A stretch of 55,939 nucleotides of DNA from Verrucomicrobiales bacterium (lineage in GTDB: Bacteria; Verrucomicrobiota; Verrucomicrobiia; Verrucomicrobiales; V1-33), in the NCBI GenBank assembly GCA_044239025.1, contig JBIICE010000003.1, positions 1-55,939 of the forward strand. The letters run 5' to 3'. This document shows positions 39,066 through 48,074 of the stretch, piece by piece. The notes under the pieces were generated by a model, which worked only from the letters and a program-made list of their open reading frames with translations, did not search any database and was not told the DNA's origin. Position 1 is the stretch's first letter, and every line of letters begins with the position of its first letter. Position numbers and translations under genes: made by a program.

Positions 39066-39530
39066 TCACTTTTTCTTTTCCTTGTCGGCTTCGCATTGGC
39101 AGAGCCATTCCGGGGCGCTGCAGCCGTCGCAGGTTTTGGTGTTGTACTCCATGCGGGCGGTGATCGCTTTGGCATCGCTGGCGGTGCGGAACTGCAGGAT
39201 GAGCCAGCCGCCTTCCGGGACGACCGGCAGCGTGAACCCGTCGGCTTCCGGCTTCACCTCGAGCTTCACCGGTTTGGCGCGGTCGCCGGTCGTGGCGGTG
39301 AGCGTCTGCGAGCTGACCGCGACTGGTTTCATGTCCTTGTCGAGGAGCGCGATGTGGAAGCGGCCTTTTTTTACGGTGACTTCGCCGTGCATGGATTCAT
39401 CCTTGCTGAATTCGAGGATACGGCCGCCGTGAGGACCACGTTCGACGCCTTCGTGGGCGGTCAGGAGGGAAACGGTACCGGCGAGCGTGAGGGCGATGAC
39501 TTTCATGGTCTGCGTGGTTGTGTGGTTCAT
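39066..39530 (-). CDS. Small exported metal-efflux accessory protein
   Basis: Signal peptide, HEGVERGPHGGR, C-terminal CDGC-x6-CQC; overlaps the RND stop codon. Confidence 0.75.
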   Translation of the reverse strand: MNHTTTQTMKVIALTLAGTVSLLTAHEGVERGPHGGRILEFSKDESMHGEVTVKKGRFHIALLDKDMKPVAVSSQTLTATTGDRAKPVKLEVKPEADGFTLPVVPEGGWLILQFRTASDAKAITARMEYNTKTCDGCSAPEWLCQCEADKEKKK

Positions 39531-42500
39531 GGTTGTTGTGGGTTTGCTGTCAGGAAAACGGGGGTGCCGCTGGGCGGCGCTGCGCGGCGGCTGGCATTCC
39601 TTCCGAAGAGCCAGAAAGCGGCCGGGGTGACCATGAGATCGAGGAAGGTCGAGCTGATGAGGCCGCCGGCCATGACGACGGCGACCGGGTGAAGGATTTC
39701 CTTGCCCGGCTCGCCGGCGGAGAGGACGAGCGGAACAAGGGCCATGCCGGCGCTCAGTGCGGTCATGAGGACGGGGACGAGGCGTTCGAGCGTGCCGCGG
39801 ATGATCATGGACCGGCTGAAGGATTCGCCCTCGTGCTGCATGAGATGGAGGTAGTGACTGATCATCATGATGCCGTTGCGGGCGGCGACCCCTCCTACGG
39901 CAATGAAGCCGACGATGGTGGCGATGCTGATGTTACCGATGAGGTGTGCCGTGAGCGCGAGGCCTCCGATGAGGGCCAGCGGAATATTGAGGAGGACCTG
40001 AAGGGCGAGCGAAAGGCTCTGGAAGCAGGTGGTCAGAAGGACCGTGACGATGAGGAGAACGAGGCCAAAGGAAATGGCGATCCTGCGGGCCGCGGCTTCC
40101 CTGGCCTGGAATTCGCCTTCAAAGCGCAGCGCATAACCCTCCGGAAGAGAGACTCTGCTGCGGACGAGGGATTCCCAGCGCTGGGCAAGCGACGCGAGGT
40201 CGCGCGAACCGGTGTTGGCGCTGATGACGATGCGGCGCTGCGCGTTCTCGCGTCGCACGACGCTGGGGCCCGACGTTTCCCGGACCGAGGCGATGAGGGC
40301 GAGCGGGATGCGCCCGCCAGGGGTCTCGATGAGGAGATCCCCGATGGCGGTCGGGTGGCGACGCCATGATTCCGGGAGACGCAGCACGAGGTCGAAGGTG
40401 CGCTGGCCTTCGCGCAGTTCCGCCAGCAGGCGCCCGCCGACCAAGGTCGACACCTGGCTGCTGACGTCATTGGGCGTGACCCCGTGGACCCGGGCCCGCT
40501 CGCGGTCGACCGCGATGCGGAGCTGGGGGATGGGGACCTGGGCTTCGAGGGAGACATCGGTGAGGCCCGGCACCTGGCGGGCGAGTTCTCTGACTTCTGC
40601 GCCTTTGGAACGGAGAACATCAAGTTCCGGGCCCGAGATTTTGACGGCAATCTTCGCGGAGACGCCACTGAGCATGTGGCTGAGGCGGTGGCCGATGGGC
40701 TGACCGACATTGACCACCGTGCCCGGAATGCTGCCGAGCTTCGCACGGATTTCAGCGAACACGGCGTCGCGCGGGCGGCCGCGTCCGTGGAATTCGACAT
40801 CGAATTCATTGACGCTGACCGGCATGACGTGGTCATCGCGTTCGGCGCGTCCGGCGCGGCGGCCGACCGAGCGGACTTCCGGAATGGTCTGGAGGAGACG
40901 GACGGCGGTTTCTCCGGTTTCGTTGGACTGGGCCAGCGAGGTACCGGGAGCACCAACGAGAGAGATGGTAGCGCTGCCCTCGTTGAAGGTCGGGAGGAAT
41001 TCGCGGCCCATGGAAGGGTAGAGCGTGAGGGCCGCCAGCAGGAGGATGCCTGCGAAGGCGAGGACCAGCGCCGGGGCGGCGAGAGCCGCACGGAGGAAGG
41101 TGTGCCGCACGAGCCACTTCATGAGGCGCACGGCGGGGCCGTCGTGATGGGCCGCGGGGCCAGCGCGGGGACGCAGCAGAAACGAGCAGAGGACCGGAAT
41201 GACTGTGAGGCTGACGACGAACGAGGCGGCCATGCTGGTGATGGTGGCGACCGCGATCGGTGTGAAGAGTCGGCCTTCGAGGCCTTCGAGGCCGAGCAGG
41301 GGGAGAAAGACGAGGATGACGAGAACCGTGGCGTAGAGAATCGAGTGGCGAACCTCGCCCGAAGCGGCAGCGATGACCTGCAGGCGTGGCCGCGGAGATG
41401 CGGAGGCGGCATTGCTGCGGAGGCGACGCCACACATTTTCGACATCGACGATGGCATCGTCGACGACCATGCCGATGGCGACGGCGAGCCCGCCGAGCGT
41501 CATGGAATTGACACTGACTCCGGCGAGACGGAACATGATGATCGTCACCGCGAAAGACAGGGGAATGGCCGTGAGCGTGACGAGAGTGGTGCGGACATTC
41601 GTCAGGAACAGCAGGAGCACTGCGGCCACCATGATGGCTCCATCGCGGATGGCTTCACGGAGGTTGCTGATGGCGTGATCGATGAAGTCGCCCTGCCGGA
41701 AGAGGACTTCGAGGCGCACGCCCCGAGGAAGCGTGGGCTGAAGTTCCCGGAGGGCTGCTTCGATGGCCCGGGTCAGCTGGAGAGTATCGGTCCCCGGGGC
41801 CTTGTCGATGCTGAGGATGACACCCATGGATCCGTTGATGCTGGCATCGCCGCGCATGGGCGCGACTCCTTCGCGGACGGCGGCCACGTCGCTGATGAGA
41901 ATGGACTGGTTCTCCGCACGGCGGACGACCGTGGCGGCAATATCCTCCGGGCGGACCGAGAGGTTGAGCTGACGCACCATGATTTCGCGCGAGCCGTCCT
42001 GGAGGTAGCCGCTGGTGGCATTGCCCGACGCGGTGGTGACCGCGTGTTCCAGTTCCGCGAGGGTGACGCCCGCGGCGGCCATGCGCCGGAGATCAGGCTG
42101 GACTTCCAGCTGCCGGACGCCACCGCCGATGGTGAGGACTTCGGCGACGCCGCTGATGCTCTGGAGGCGGCGGCGGATCGTCCAGTCGGCTAGGGTTCTC
42201 AGCTGGGGAGTGGGTATGGAACCGTCATCGCAGCGGAGCCCGACAAGAAGGATTTCGCCCATGAGAGACGATACTGGGGTCATGCCGGCTCTGACGCCGG
42301 AGGGTAGCGTGCGCAGGGTGGGCTGGAGCCGTTCCTGGACCTGCTGGCGTGCCCGCAGGAGGTCGGTGCCCCAGGCGAATTCCGCGAAGACGAGCGAGAG
42401 TCCGACATCGGAATCCGAGCGGAGGCGGTCGAGTCCGGCAAGGCCCTGGAGGGCGGCCTCGATGGGCTGCGTGATGATGGCTTCCGTTTCCTCCGGGGCG

Positions 42501-42706
42501 AGTCCGGGGGCTTCCGTGAGAACGGTGACCGTTGGTCTGGTCATGTCCGGGAGGACCTCGACGGGGAGTTCCGTGAGCGTGCTGGCTCCGGCGAGGAGGA
42601 CGAGGAGGGCGGACGTGAGGACCGCGGCGCGATGGCGCAGCGAGAAGCGGATGAGACCGTCGAGCGCACCCTGGGACGGCGGCTCCGGTGGAGGAGGCCC
42701 GGTCAC
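39527..42706 (-). CDS. CzcA/CusA-family heavy-metal RND permease
   Basis: LPVEVLPD, GLAPEETE, MTLGGLAVAIGMVVDDAIVDVEN, GLEGRLFTP, ERLVPVLMTA. GTG start overlaps the MFP stop. Confidence 0.93.
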   Translation of the reverse strand: MTGPPPPEPPSQGALDGLIRFSLRHRAAVLTSALLVLLAGASTLTELPVEVLPDMTRPTVTVLTEAPGLAPEETEAIITQPIEAALQGLAGLDRLRSDSDVGLSLVFAEFAWGTDLLRARQQVQERLQPTLRTLPSGVRAGMTPVSSLMGEILLVGLRCDDGSIPTPQLRTLADWTIRRRLQSISGVAEVLTIGGGVRQLEVQPDLRRMAAAGVTLAELEHAVTTASGNATSGYLQDGSREIMVRQLNLSVRPEDIAATVVRRAENQSILISDVAAVREGVAPMRGDASINGSMGVILSIDKAPGTDTLQLTRAIEAALRELQPTLPRGVRLEVLFRQGDFIDHAISNLREAIRDGAIMVAAVLLLFLTNVRTTLVTLTAIPLSFAVTIIMFRLAGVSVNSMTLGGLAVAIGMVVDDAIVDVENVWRRLRSNAASASPRPRLQVIAAASGEVRHSILYATVLVILVFLPLLGLEGLEGRLFTPIAVATITSMAASFVVSLTVIPVLCSFLLRPRAGPAAHHDGPAVRLMKWLVRHTFLRAALAAPALVLAFAGILLLAALTLYPSMGREFLPTFNEGSATISLVGAPGTSLAQSNETGETAVRLLQTIPEVRSVGRRAGRAERDDHVMPVSVNEFDVEFHGRGRPRDAVFAEIRAKLGSIPGTVVNVGQPIGHRLSHMLSGVSAKIAVKISGPELDVLRSKGAEVRELARQVPGLTDVSLEAQVPIPQLRIAVDRERARVHGVTPNDVSSQVSTLVGGRLLAELREGQRTFDLVLRLPESWRRHPTAIGDLLIETPGGRIPLALIASVRETSGPSVVRRENAQRRIVISANTGSRDLASLAQRWESLVRSRVSLPEGYALRFEGEFQAREAAARRIAISFGLVLLIVTVLLTTCFQSLSLALQVLLNIPLALIGGLALTAHLIGNISIATIVGFIAVGGVAARNGIMMISHYLHLMQHEGESFSRSMIIRGTLERLVPVLMTALSAGMALVPLVLSAGEPGKEILHPVAVVMAGGLISSTFLDLMVTPAAFWLFGRNASRRAAPPSGTPVFLTANPQQP

Positions 42707-43806
42707 GGAGTGGCTCCTTTCCTGCGGAGGCTGAGGGTGGCAAGGAGGGCGAGGAGGAGGCCGCTGGTGGCTGCGAAGAACATCGCATGGGCATTCCATG
42801 GGGAAGCGGCCGCGGCGCTTCCGGCGGCTGCGGCGCGCGCGGCCGCGATCTGTTCCCTGGTCATTTCGCTGCCGTCCTCGTTGTGAGGATGGCCGTGCGC
42901 TGCGTCCCTGGCCTCCCGCAGGCTGACGCTGCTGGTGGCTGAGGCCAGGTTCCATGCGCCGCGGGTGACAACCTCGTCGCCCGGAAGCAGGCCGCTGACG
43001 ACTTCCACCGCATGGTCATTCTGGATGCCAGTGATGACCGGAGTGCGGAGGAAGGCATGTTCGAGTTCGTAGTCCCGGACCATTACGAAGTGTCGGCTGC
43101 CATCGTTGAGGAGGGCCGTGCGGGGGATGGAAAGGACGCCTTCACGGCGGGCCGTGACGATCGTGAATTCCGCCCGCATGCCGGGACGGAGCAGCCGGTC
43201 CGGATTGGCGACGTGAAAGGCCGCTTCCAGCGTGCCGTCGCGGGGGTTGGCCTCAGCGGCGAGGTGGGCGACTGGTGCTTCAAAGACCTTGTCCGGGAGG
43301 GTGGCGACGCGGATGCGGGCCATCTGGCCTTTCTGGAGCGCGGTAGCGAGATGCTGAGGGATATGGGCGGAGGCTTCGACCGTTTCGGTGCTGATGATTT
43401 CGGCCAGGGCATCGTCCGGGGTGACAGGCTGGCCCGGGGCGATGTTCACGGTGGAGACGATACCTGAGAGGGGGGCCGGCAGCATGATGGTCGGAGGGGG
43501 GTCGCCCGGCTGGCGGCTTTCGATCCACGCGACTTCGTCGCCCTGGCTGATTTCCTGATCGGGAACGACGAGCACGGAAGCGGCGCGGCCGGGGATGCGG
43601 CTGCTGACGATGGCGCGTTTGCCCGGGAGGACCCTGAGGGAGCCGAGCGCGAAGATGGTTTCCTCGAACGTGGTTTCCTCGGCTTCCGCGGTTTCGAGAT
43701 CAAGGAGGGCGGCCTCCGCCTCGCGGAGCCGAACCATATTCTGGAGTCGGGCAGATTCCTCCGAGACGGCGGTGGCGGTGGCAAGCAGGATCAGGAAGAG
43801 TTTCAT
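42703..43806 (-). CDS. CzcB/CusB-family membrane fusion protein with C-terminal His motif and TM extension
   Basis: VSSRIPG, APLSGIV, LLRPGM, SIPRTAL, VEVVSGLLPGDEVVTRGA. Confidence 0.9.
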   Translation of the reverse strand: MKLFLILLATATAVSEESARLQNMVRLREAEAALLDLETAEAEETTFEETIFALGSLRVLPGKRAIVSSRIPGRAASVLVVPDQEISQGDEVAWIESRQPGDPPPTIMLPAPLSGIVSTVNIAPGQPVTPDDALAEIISTETVEASAHIPQHLATALQKGQMARIRVATLPDKVFEAPVAHLAAEANPRDGTLEAAFHVANPDRLLRPGMRAEFTIVTARREGVLSIPRTALLNDGSRHFVMVRDYELEHAFLRTPVITGIQNDHAVEVVSGLLPGDEVVTRGAWNLASATSSVSLREARDAAHGHPHNEDGSEMTREQIAAARAAAAGSAAAASPWNAHAMFFAATSGLLLALLATLSLRRKGATP

Positions 43807-45011
43807 GGCCGGGTCTGAGCGATCGCAGATTCGAAGCGGATGCGGGCGAGGTGGAAGTCGCGGCGGACGTCGAGTCCGGTGGCGCGCAGGGCGAGTTGCT
43901 GTTCGCGGGCGCGCAGCAGGGTGGCGAAGGGGCACTCGCCCTGCTGCCATGCTTTTTCGAGCTGACTGGTCTGGGCGGCCGCGGCAGGCAGGAGCGACAG
44001 GCTGATGCGGGCGGAGAGGCTTGCGAGTGACTCCATTTCGCGGCGGGCGGCCTCGGTTTCCGCGGCGATCAGAGAGCCGAGGGCATGGAGTTCCGCCGTG
44101 GCGCGCGTGGCCTCCGCGCGGGCGGATGCGATTTCTCCCTCATTGCGGTTCCAGAGCGGCAGAGGGACCGAGAGGCGCAGGCCGGCAAAGCCTGTGGTCT
44201 GAGTGGAACCGCTGGACCTCTGGTACTCGGGGCCGCCGGTGAGACCGGCCGACCAGTCGTCCCAGCGGCGGGCTTTGGCGAGATCGGAGGCGGTACTGGC
44301 GGCGGCGACGCGGGCGAGTGCGAGCTGGTAATCGGGGCGGCCCTGCCATACCGGGGAGGTGGCGGGGGCGGTGGGTTCGGCGAGAGCACCGGTGAGATTC
44401 AGAGAGTCGGCAGGGGCCAGTCCGAGGGATGGCTTGAGGCGCTCCTGATGGGCTTTCAGTTCGCCCTCCAGTCTGGCGGCCTCGAGTTCAGCGCGGGCGG
44501 CCTCGAGTTCGGCCTGGCTGGCGTCGGTGGCCGGGGCTTCCCCAGTGGTGGCGCGGAGTGCGGCGGCGGCCGCGAGGCTGCTGCTCAGGGACGCCTGCTC
44601 CGTGGCGAGCGATTTCCGCGAAGCGAGGGCGAGCATCTGGACGGCGACGGAACGGGCTTCGGCGATGAACCGGCGTTCGGCTTCACGCACTTCGAGGGCG
44701 GCGGCGGCGAGCTGCTGCGATCCGAGTTTCTTTTCGATGGCGAGCCGACGGGTGACGGGGAAAGCCTGCTCAAGCGAGAAGACGACCGCGGCGGGATTGA
44801 GACTGTTCTGGGGACGCCAGTCGACGGAAGCACGCGGGTTCGGGATTTTGCCCGTGCCCCTGAGGCGGGCCGTGGCCTCATCGATGGCGGAGCGGGCGAC
44901 GCGGAGTCCGGGGTGATGGCCAGAAACACGCGCGGGAATCGATTCCAGCGGGAGGGAGAGGACTTCGGCGGCCGCAAGGGAGGGCGCGAGGCACAGGAGA
45001 AATCGGTACAT
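43803..45011 (-). CDS. CzcC/TolC-family outer-membrane factor
   Basis: PNP, RPD, LSVPLPLWNRNEGEI; Ala-rich coiled helices; sits ahead of the MFP and RND genes. Confidence 0.88.
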   Translation of the reverse strand: MYRFLLCLAPSLAAAEVLSLPLESIPARVSGHHPGLRVARSAIDEATARLRGTGKIPNPRASVDWRPQNSLNPAAVVFSLEQAFPVTRRLAIEKKLGSQQLAAAALEVREAERRFIAEARSVAVQMLALASRKSLATEQASLSSSLAAAAALRATTGEAPATDASQAELEAARAELEAARLEGELKAHQERLKPSLGLAPADSLNLTGALAEPTAPATSPVWQGRPDYQLALARVAAASTASDLAKARRWDDWSAGLTGGPEYQRSSGSTQTTGFAGLRLSVPLPLWNRNEGEIASARAEATRATAELHALGSLIAAETEAARREMESLASLSARISLSLLPAAAAQTSQLEKAWQQGECPFATLLRAREQQLALRATGLDVRRDFHLARIRFESAIAQTRP

Positions 45012-45113
45012 GAAAGGATCGGTCTGAACTGAGAGGTCCAGCGCGTGACCGGAGGCCGGCTGCAGCACGGGATGACACGGATGCTTCCGGCGAGGTGGCC
45101 GGTTCCGTGTTTC

Positions 45114-45557
45114 TCAGATCCTCAGAGAGACCGATCGATGAATGAAATGGGGCTCGCCCCCCGTGCCGCCGCGGCCGGGTGGGGGCGGTCGTGGCAGCGG
45201 GGCGCGCGCCTCATGGCTGGTTTCGCCTCCGCAGGCCGGAAGCCATGGGGGCCAGAGGCATACCCATACGGGAGGCAGGAGGCCGACTGTGATGCTGGCG
45301 GTGGCGGCATCGAGAGAAGCGACGTCCTCGTCGTGGTGGTCATCGCCATCGGGGTGCTGGTGATCGCTGCCACCGTCCCCGTGTTCATGGTGGCCTGCGG
45401 CAGAACACTCCGCTTCGTCGTGGCAGAGGCTGCAGCACGCGGCGCGGGCGATGCCGCTGCATTCGCAGATCCAGCCGCGGTGAAGACCCTGAGCGGGCAG
45501 GCAGGCGACTGCTGCAAGGGCGAGCAGTGCGATGAGCCGGCGCAGGCTGGAGAACAT
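45114..45557 (-). CDS. Cys/His-rich leader protein upstream of the metal-efflux operon (CzcI/DUF2946-like)
   Basis: Signal-like N-terminus, CEC/CCxxC, HHEH..HQH..HH, C-terminal ARAPLPRPPPP...SVSLRI. Confidence 0.65.
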   Translation of the reverse strand: MFSSLRRLIALLALAAVACLPAQGLHRGWICECSGIARAACCSLCHDEAECSAAGHHEHGDGGSDHQHPDGDDHHDEDVASLDAATASITVGLLPPVWVCLWPPWLPACGGETSHEARAPLPRPPPPGRGGTGGEPHFIHRSVSLRI

Positions 45558-45673
45558 GGGGAAGGCTGGCACAGACTGCTGACGCTGCCAACATCATTTG
45601 TGCGGCGGGCTGCTCGGCACCGGGGAAAGGAATGCGTGGACGGGAGCGTAGCGCTCCCTAGAGTATTTCCGTC

Positions 45674-48001
45674 ATGAATTTCCGTCTCGTTCCTCCATTC
45701 CTTCTGGCTTTGGCGTTTACTGCCCGGGGGATGGATCCTGTGGCGAAGGCCGATCCGTCGATTGCTGCGGATGCGCCGCCCGGGCATTCCGTGCATGGTG
45801 ACAGCTTCAATGAAGGGCCGCGGAGGAGGCTACCTCTGATTCCCGGGTGTGGCGACGTCAGTTTCCCGGTGACCTCGGCTCATCCCGAGGTGCAGGCGTA
45901 TTTCAATCAGGGGGTCGCGCAGCTGCATGGGTTCTGGTACTGGGAAGCTGAGCGCTCCTTCCGGACGGTGCTGCAGCTGGATCCGGGCTGCCTGATGGGG
46001 CACTGGGGGATGGCGATGGCGAATCTTGAGAATGAGGAGCGCGCCCGGAAGATCATCGGGAAAGTGAGCGATGAAGCGCTGCAGTCGGCGACTCCGCGGG
46101 AAAAGGCATGGATGGAGAGTGCGCGGAAATTCTTCCGTGAGAAGAAGAATGACAACGAGCGGAAGGACGCGGCGCGGAATCTGGTGAAGGATATGGAGCG
46201 GATTGCCCTGGACTATCCCGAGGACACCGAGGCCAGGGCCATGGCTGTCTGCTTTGTCTGGCGGAATCAGTACCGGCTGGGGATGGAGGCGGGCAGTCAT
46301 CTGGCGACCGATGCCCTCGCGCGTCAGGTTCTGGAGAAAAATCCTCGTCATCCGGTCCACCACTATTTGATTCATCTGTGGGATCACGAGCGGCCGAAGC
46401 AGGCATTGGAGGCAGCGGCGCAGTGCGGGCCGAGTGCTCCGGGGGTGGCGCACATGTGGCACATGCCTGGGCACATCTACAGCGACCTTGAGCGCTGGGC
46501 CGATGCGGCCTGGCAGCAGGAAGCGGCAGCGCGGGTGGATCATGCGCAGATGATCCGGCATCGGATTTTTCCGGATCAGATTCACAACTTTGCGCACAAC
46601 AGCGAGTGGTGGATCCGGAATCTCAATCATCTGGGTCAGGTGAGGAAAGCGCTCGGGATTGCGCGCAACATGATCACGATGCCGCGGATTCCGCGTTCGA
46701 AGCAGGTGGCGGACAAGCCGAACCAGGTGTTCGAGGAAGGCGGGAGCTGCTGGCAGTATGGCCGCAACCGGCTGCTGGAGACCCTGCTGCGCTGGGAACT
46801 GTGGGATGAGATTCAGGCGCTGGAGGGATCAGTATATCTGCTGCCCGGAAAGGAGTTCGAGGATCAATGGAAGCCGGAGCAGCTCCTGGCCCTGGCGTGC
46901 TACGGGAAGGGAGATGCGGTGAATGGGAGACGGTGGCTGGCAAAGCTCGAGGAGCGGCAGGCGGGAGCCGAGCGGGAGAGGGCGCAGGCCGTGGCGGCTG
47001 CCGAGGAGAAGGCCCGTGGGGAGAAGAAGAAGGAAGAAGAGGTGAAGAAGGCCGGCGAGGAAGCCGGGAGAGAGGCCGGCAAGCGGGTCAATCAGCTGCA
47101 GTATCCAGTGCGCGAACTGCAGGTGCGGGATCACCTCGCGAACGGGCGGATGGAGGAGGCGCGTCCCCTGATGGCTGAGCTGAAGGAAGTTCCCGAGCAC
47201 CGCATGGCGATGCTGCATCTGGCCCTCGGGGACCGGGACAAGGCAGTGGATGTGGCGAAAGGTTTTGCGGAACGGTCGCCGCGGCATGCGCAGCCGATGG
47301 CGCTGCATGCGTGGCTGCTGTGGGAGGCCGGCAAGCGGGACGAGGCGCTCGCGGTTTTCGGGAAGCTCCGTGAAGTGGCGGCTGTGGCGGATCCGGGACT
47401 TCCGGTTCTGGCGAGGCTCCAGCCCGTCGTGGAGGCGGCGGGATGCGGAGCGGAATGGCGTCTGCCACCGCCGCCGCCGGGTGATCTTGGGGGGCGGCCG
47501 GATCCGGGCAGTCTGGGGCCCATGGAATGGCATCCGTGGGATGCTCCGGCGTGGAGCGCACTGGATGCGGCGGGAGCGGCCGTGGAAAGCGGCCAGCTCA
47601 AGGGGAAGGCGCATGTCCTGATTTTCTTTCTGGGGAATGCCTGCACGCACTGCAATCAGCAGATCAAGGCCTTTGCGGATCAGCAGCAGCGCTTCGCGGA
47701 GGCGGGGCTTCCGGTTCTGGCGATCAGCACGGACCCGCCGGCTGAGGTGGCGGCGACCGGCAATCCGCCGCCGTTTCCGGTGTATTCCGGGGCCGACGGC
47801 AAGTCCTTCCGCGCCTTCGATGCGTGGGATGAATTCGAGGACAAACCACTGCACGCGACCTGTCTGATTGATGCGTCCGGAAAGGTGCGGTGGCAGCATG
47901 TGAGCTACGAACCGTTCATGCTGCCTGAGTTTCTGCTGGAAGAGGCGCAGCGGCTGCTGCGGGTTCCGGGGGTCCCGGGGGAGGGTGTGGCGGTGCGCTG
48001 A
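45674..48001 (+). CDS. Secreted His-motif TPR protein fused to an AhpC/TSA-like redoxin domain
   Basis: Signal peptide; QAYFNQGVAQLHGFWYWEAERSF, HHYLIH, HMWHMPGHIY; C-terminal FFLGNACTHC and LIDASGKVRWQ. Confidence 0.85.
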   Translation: MNFRLVPPFLLALAFTARGMDPVAKADPSIAADAPPGHSVHGDSFNEGPRRRLPLIPGCGDVSFPVTSAHPEVQAYFNQGVAQLHGFWYWEAERSFRTVLQLDPGCLMGHWGMAMANLENEERARKIIGKVSDEALQSATPREKAWMESARKFFREKKNDNERKDAARNLVKDMERIALDYPEDTEARAMAVCFVWRNQYRLGMEAGSHLATDALARQVLEKNPRHPVHHYLIHLWDHERPKQALEAAAQCGPSAPGVAHMWHMPGHIYSDLERWADAAWQQEAAARVDHAQMIRHRIFPDQIHNFAHNSEWWIRNLNHLGQVRKALGIARNMITMPRIPRSKQVADKPNQVFEEGGSCWQYGRNRLLETLLRWELWDEIQALEGSVYLLPGKEFEDQWKPEQLLALACYGKGDAVNGRRWLAKLEERQAGAERERAQAVAAAEEKARGEKKKEEEVKKAGEEAGREAGKRVNQLQYPVRELQVRDHLANGRMEEARPLMAELKEVPEHRMAMLHLALGDRDKAVDVAKGFAERSPRHAQPMALHAWLLWEAGKRDEALAVFGKLREVAAVADPGLPVLARLQPVVEAAGCGAEWRLPPPPPGDLGGRPDPGSLGPMEWHPWDAPAWSALDAAGAAVESGQLKGKAHVLIFFLGNACTHCNQQIKAFADQQQRFAEAGLPVLAISTDPPAEVAATGNPPPFPVYSGADGKSFRAFDAWDEFEDKPLHATCLIDASGKVRWQHVSYEPFMLPEFLLEEAQRLLRVPGVPGEGVAVR

Positions 48002-48074
48002 GGCGCTGCAAGTGGCGCTGGTCGGGGGTTGACGGGGAGAGGGGAGGAGGCAACTTTCTCCGTATCCCTGCCGC

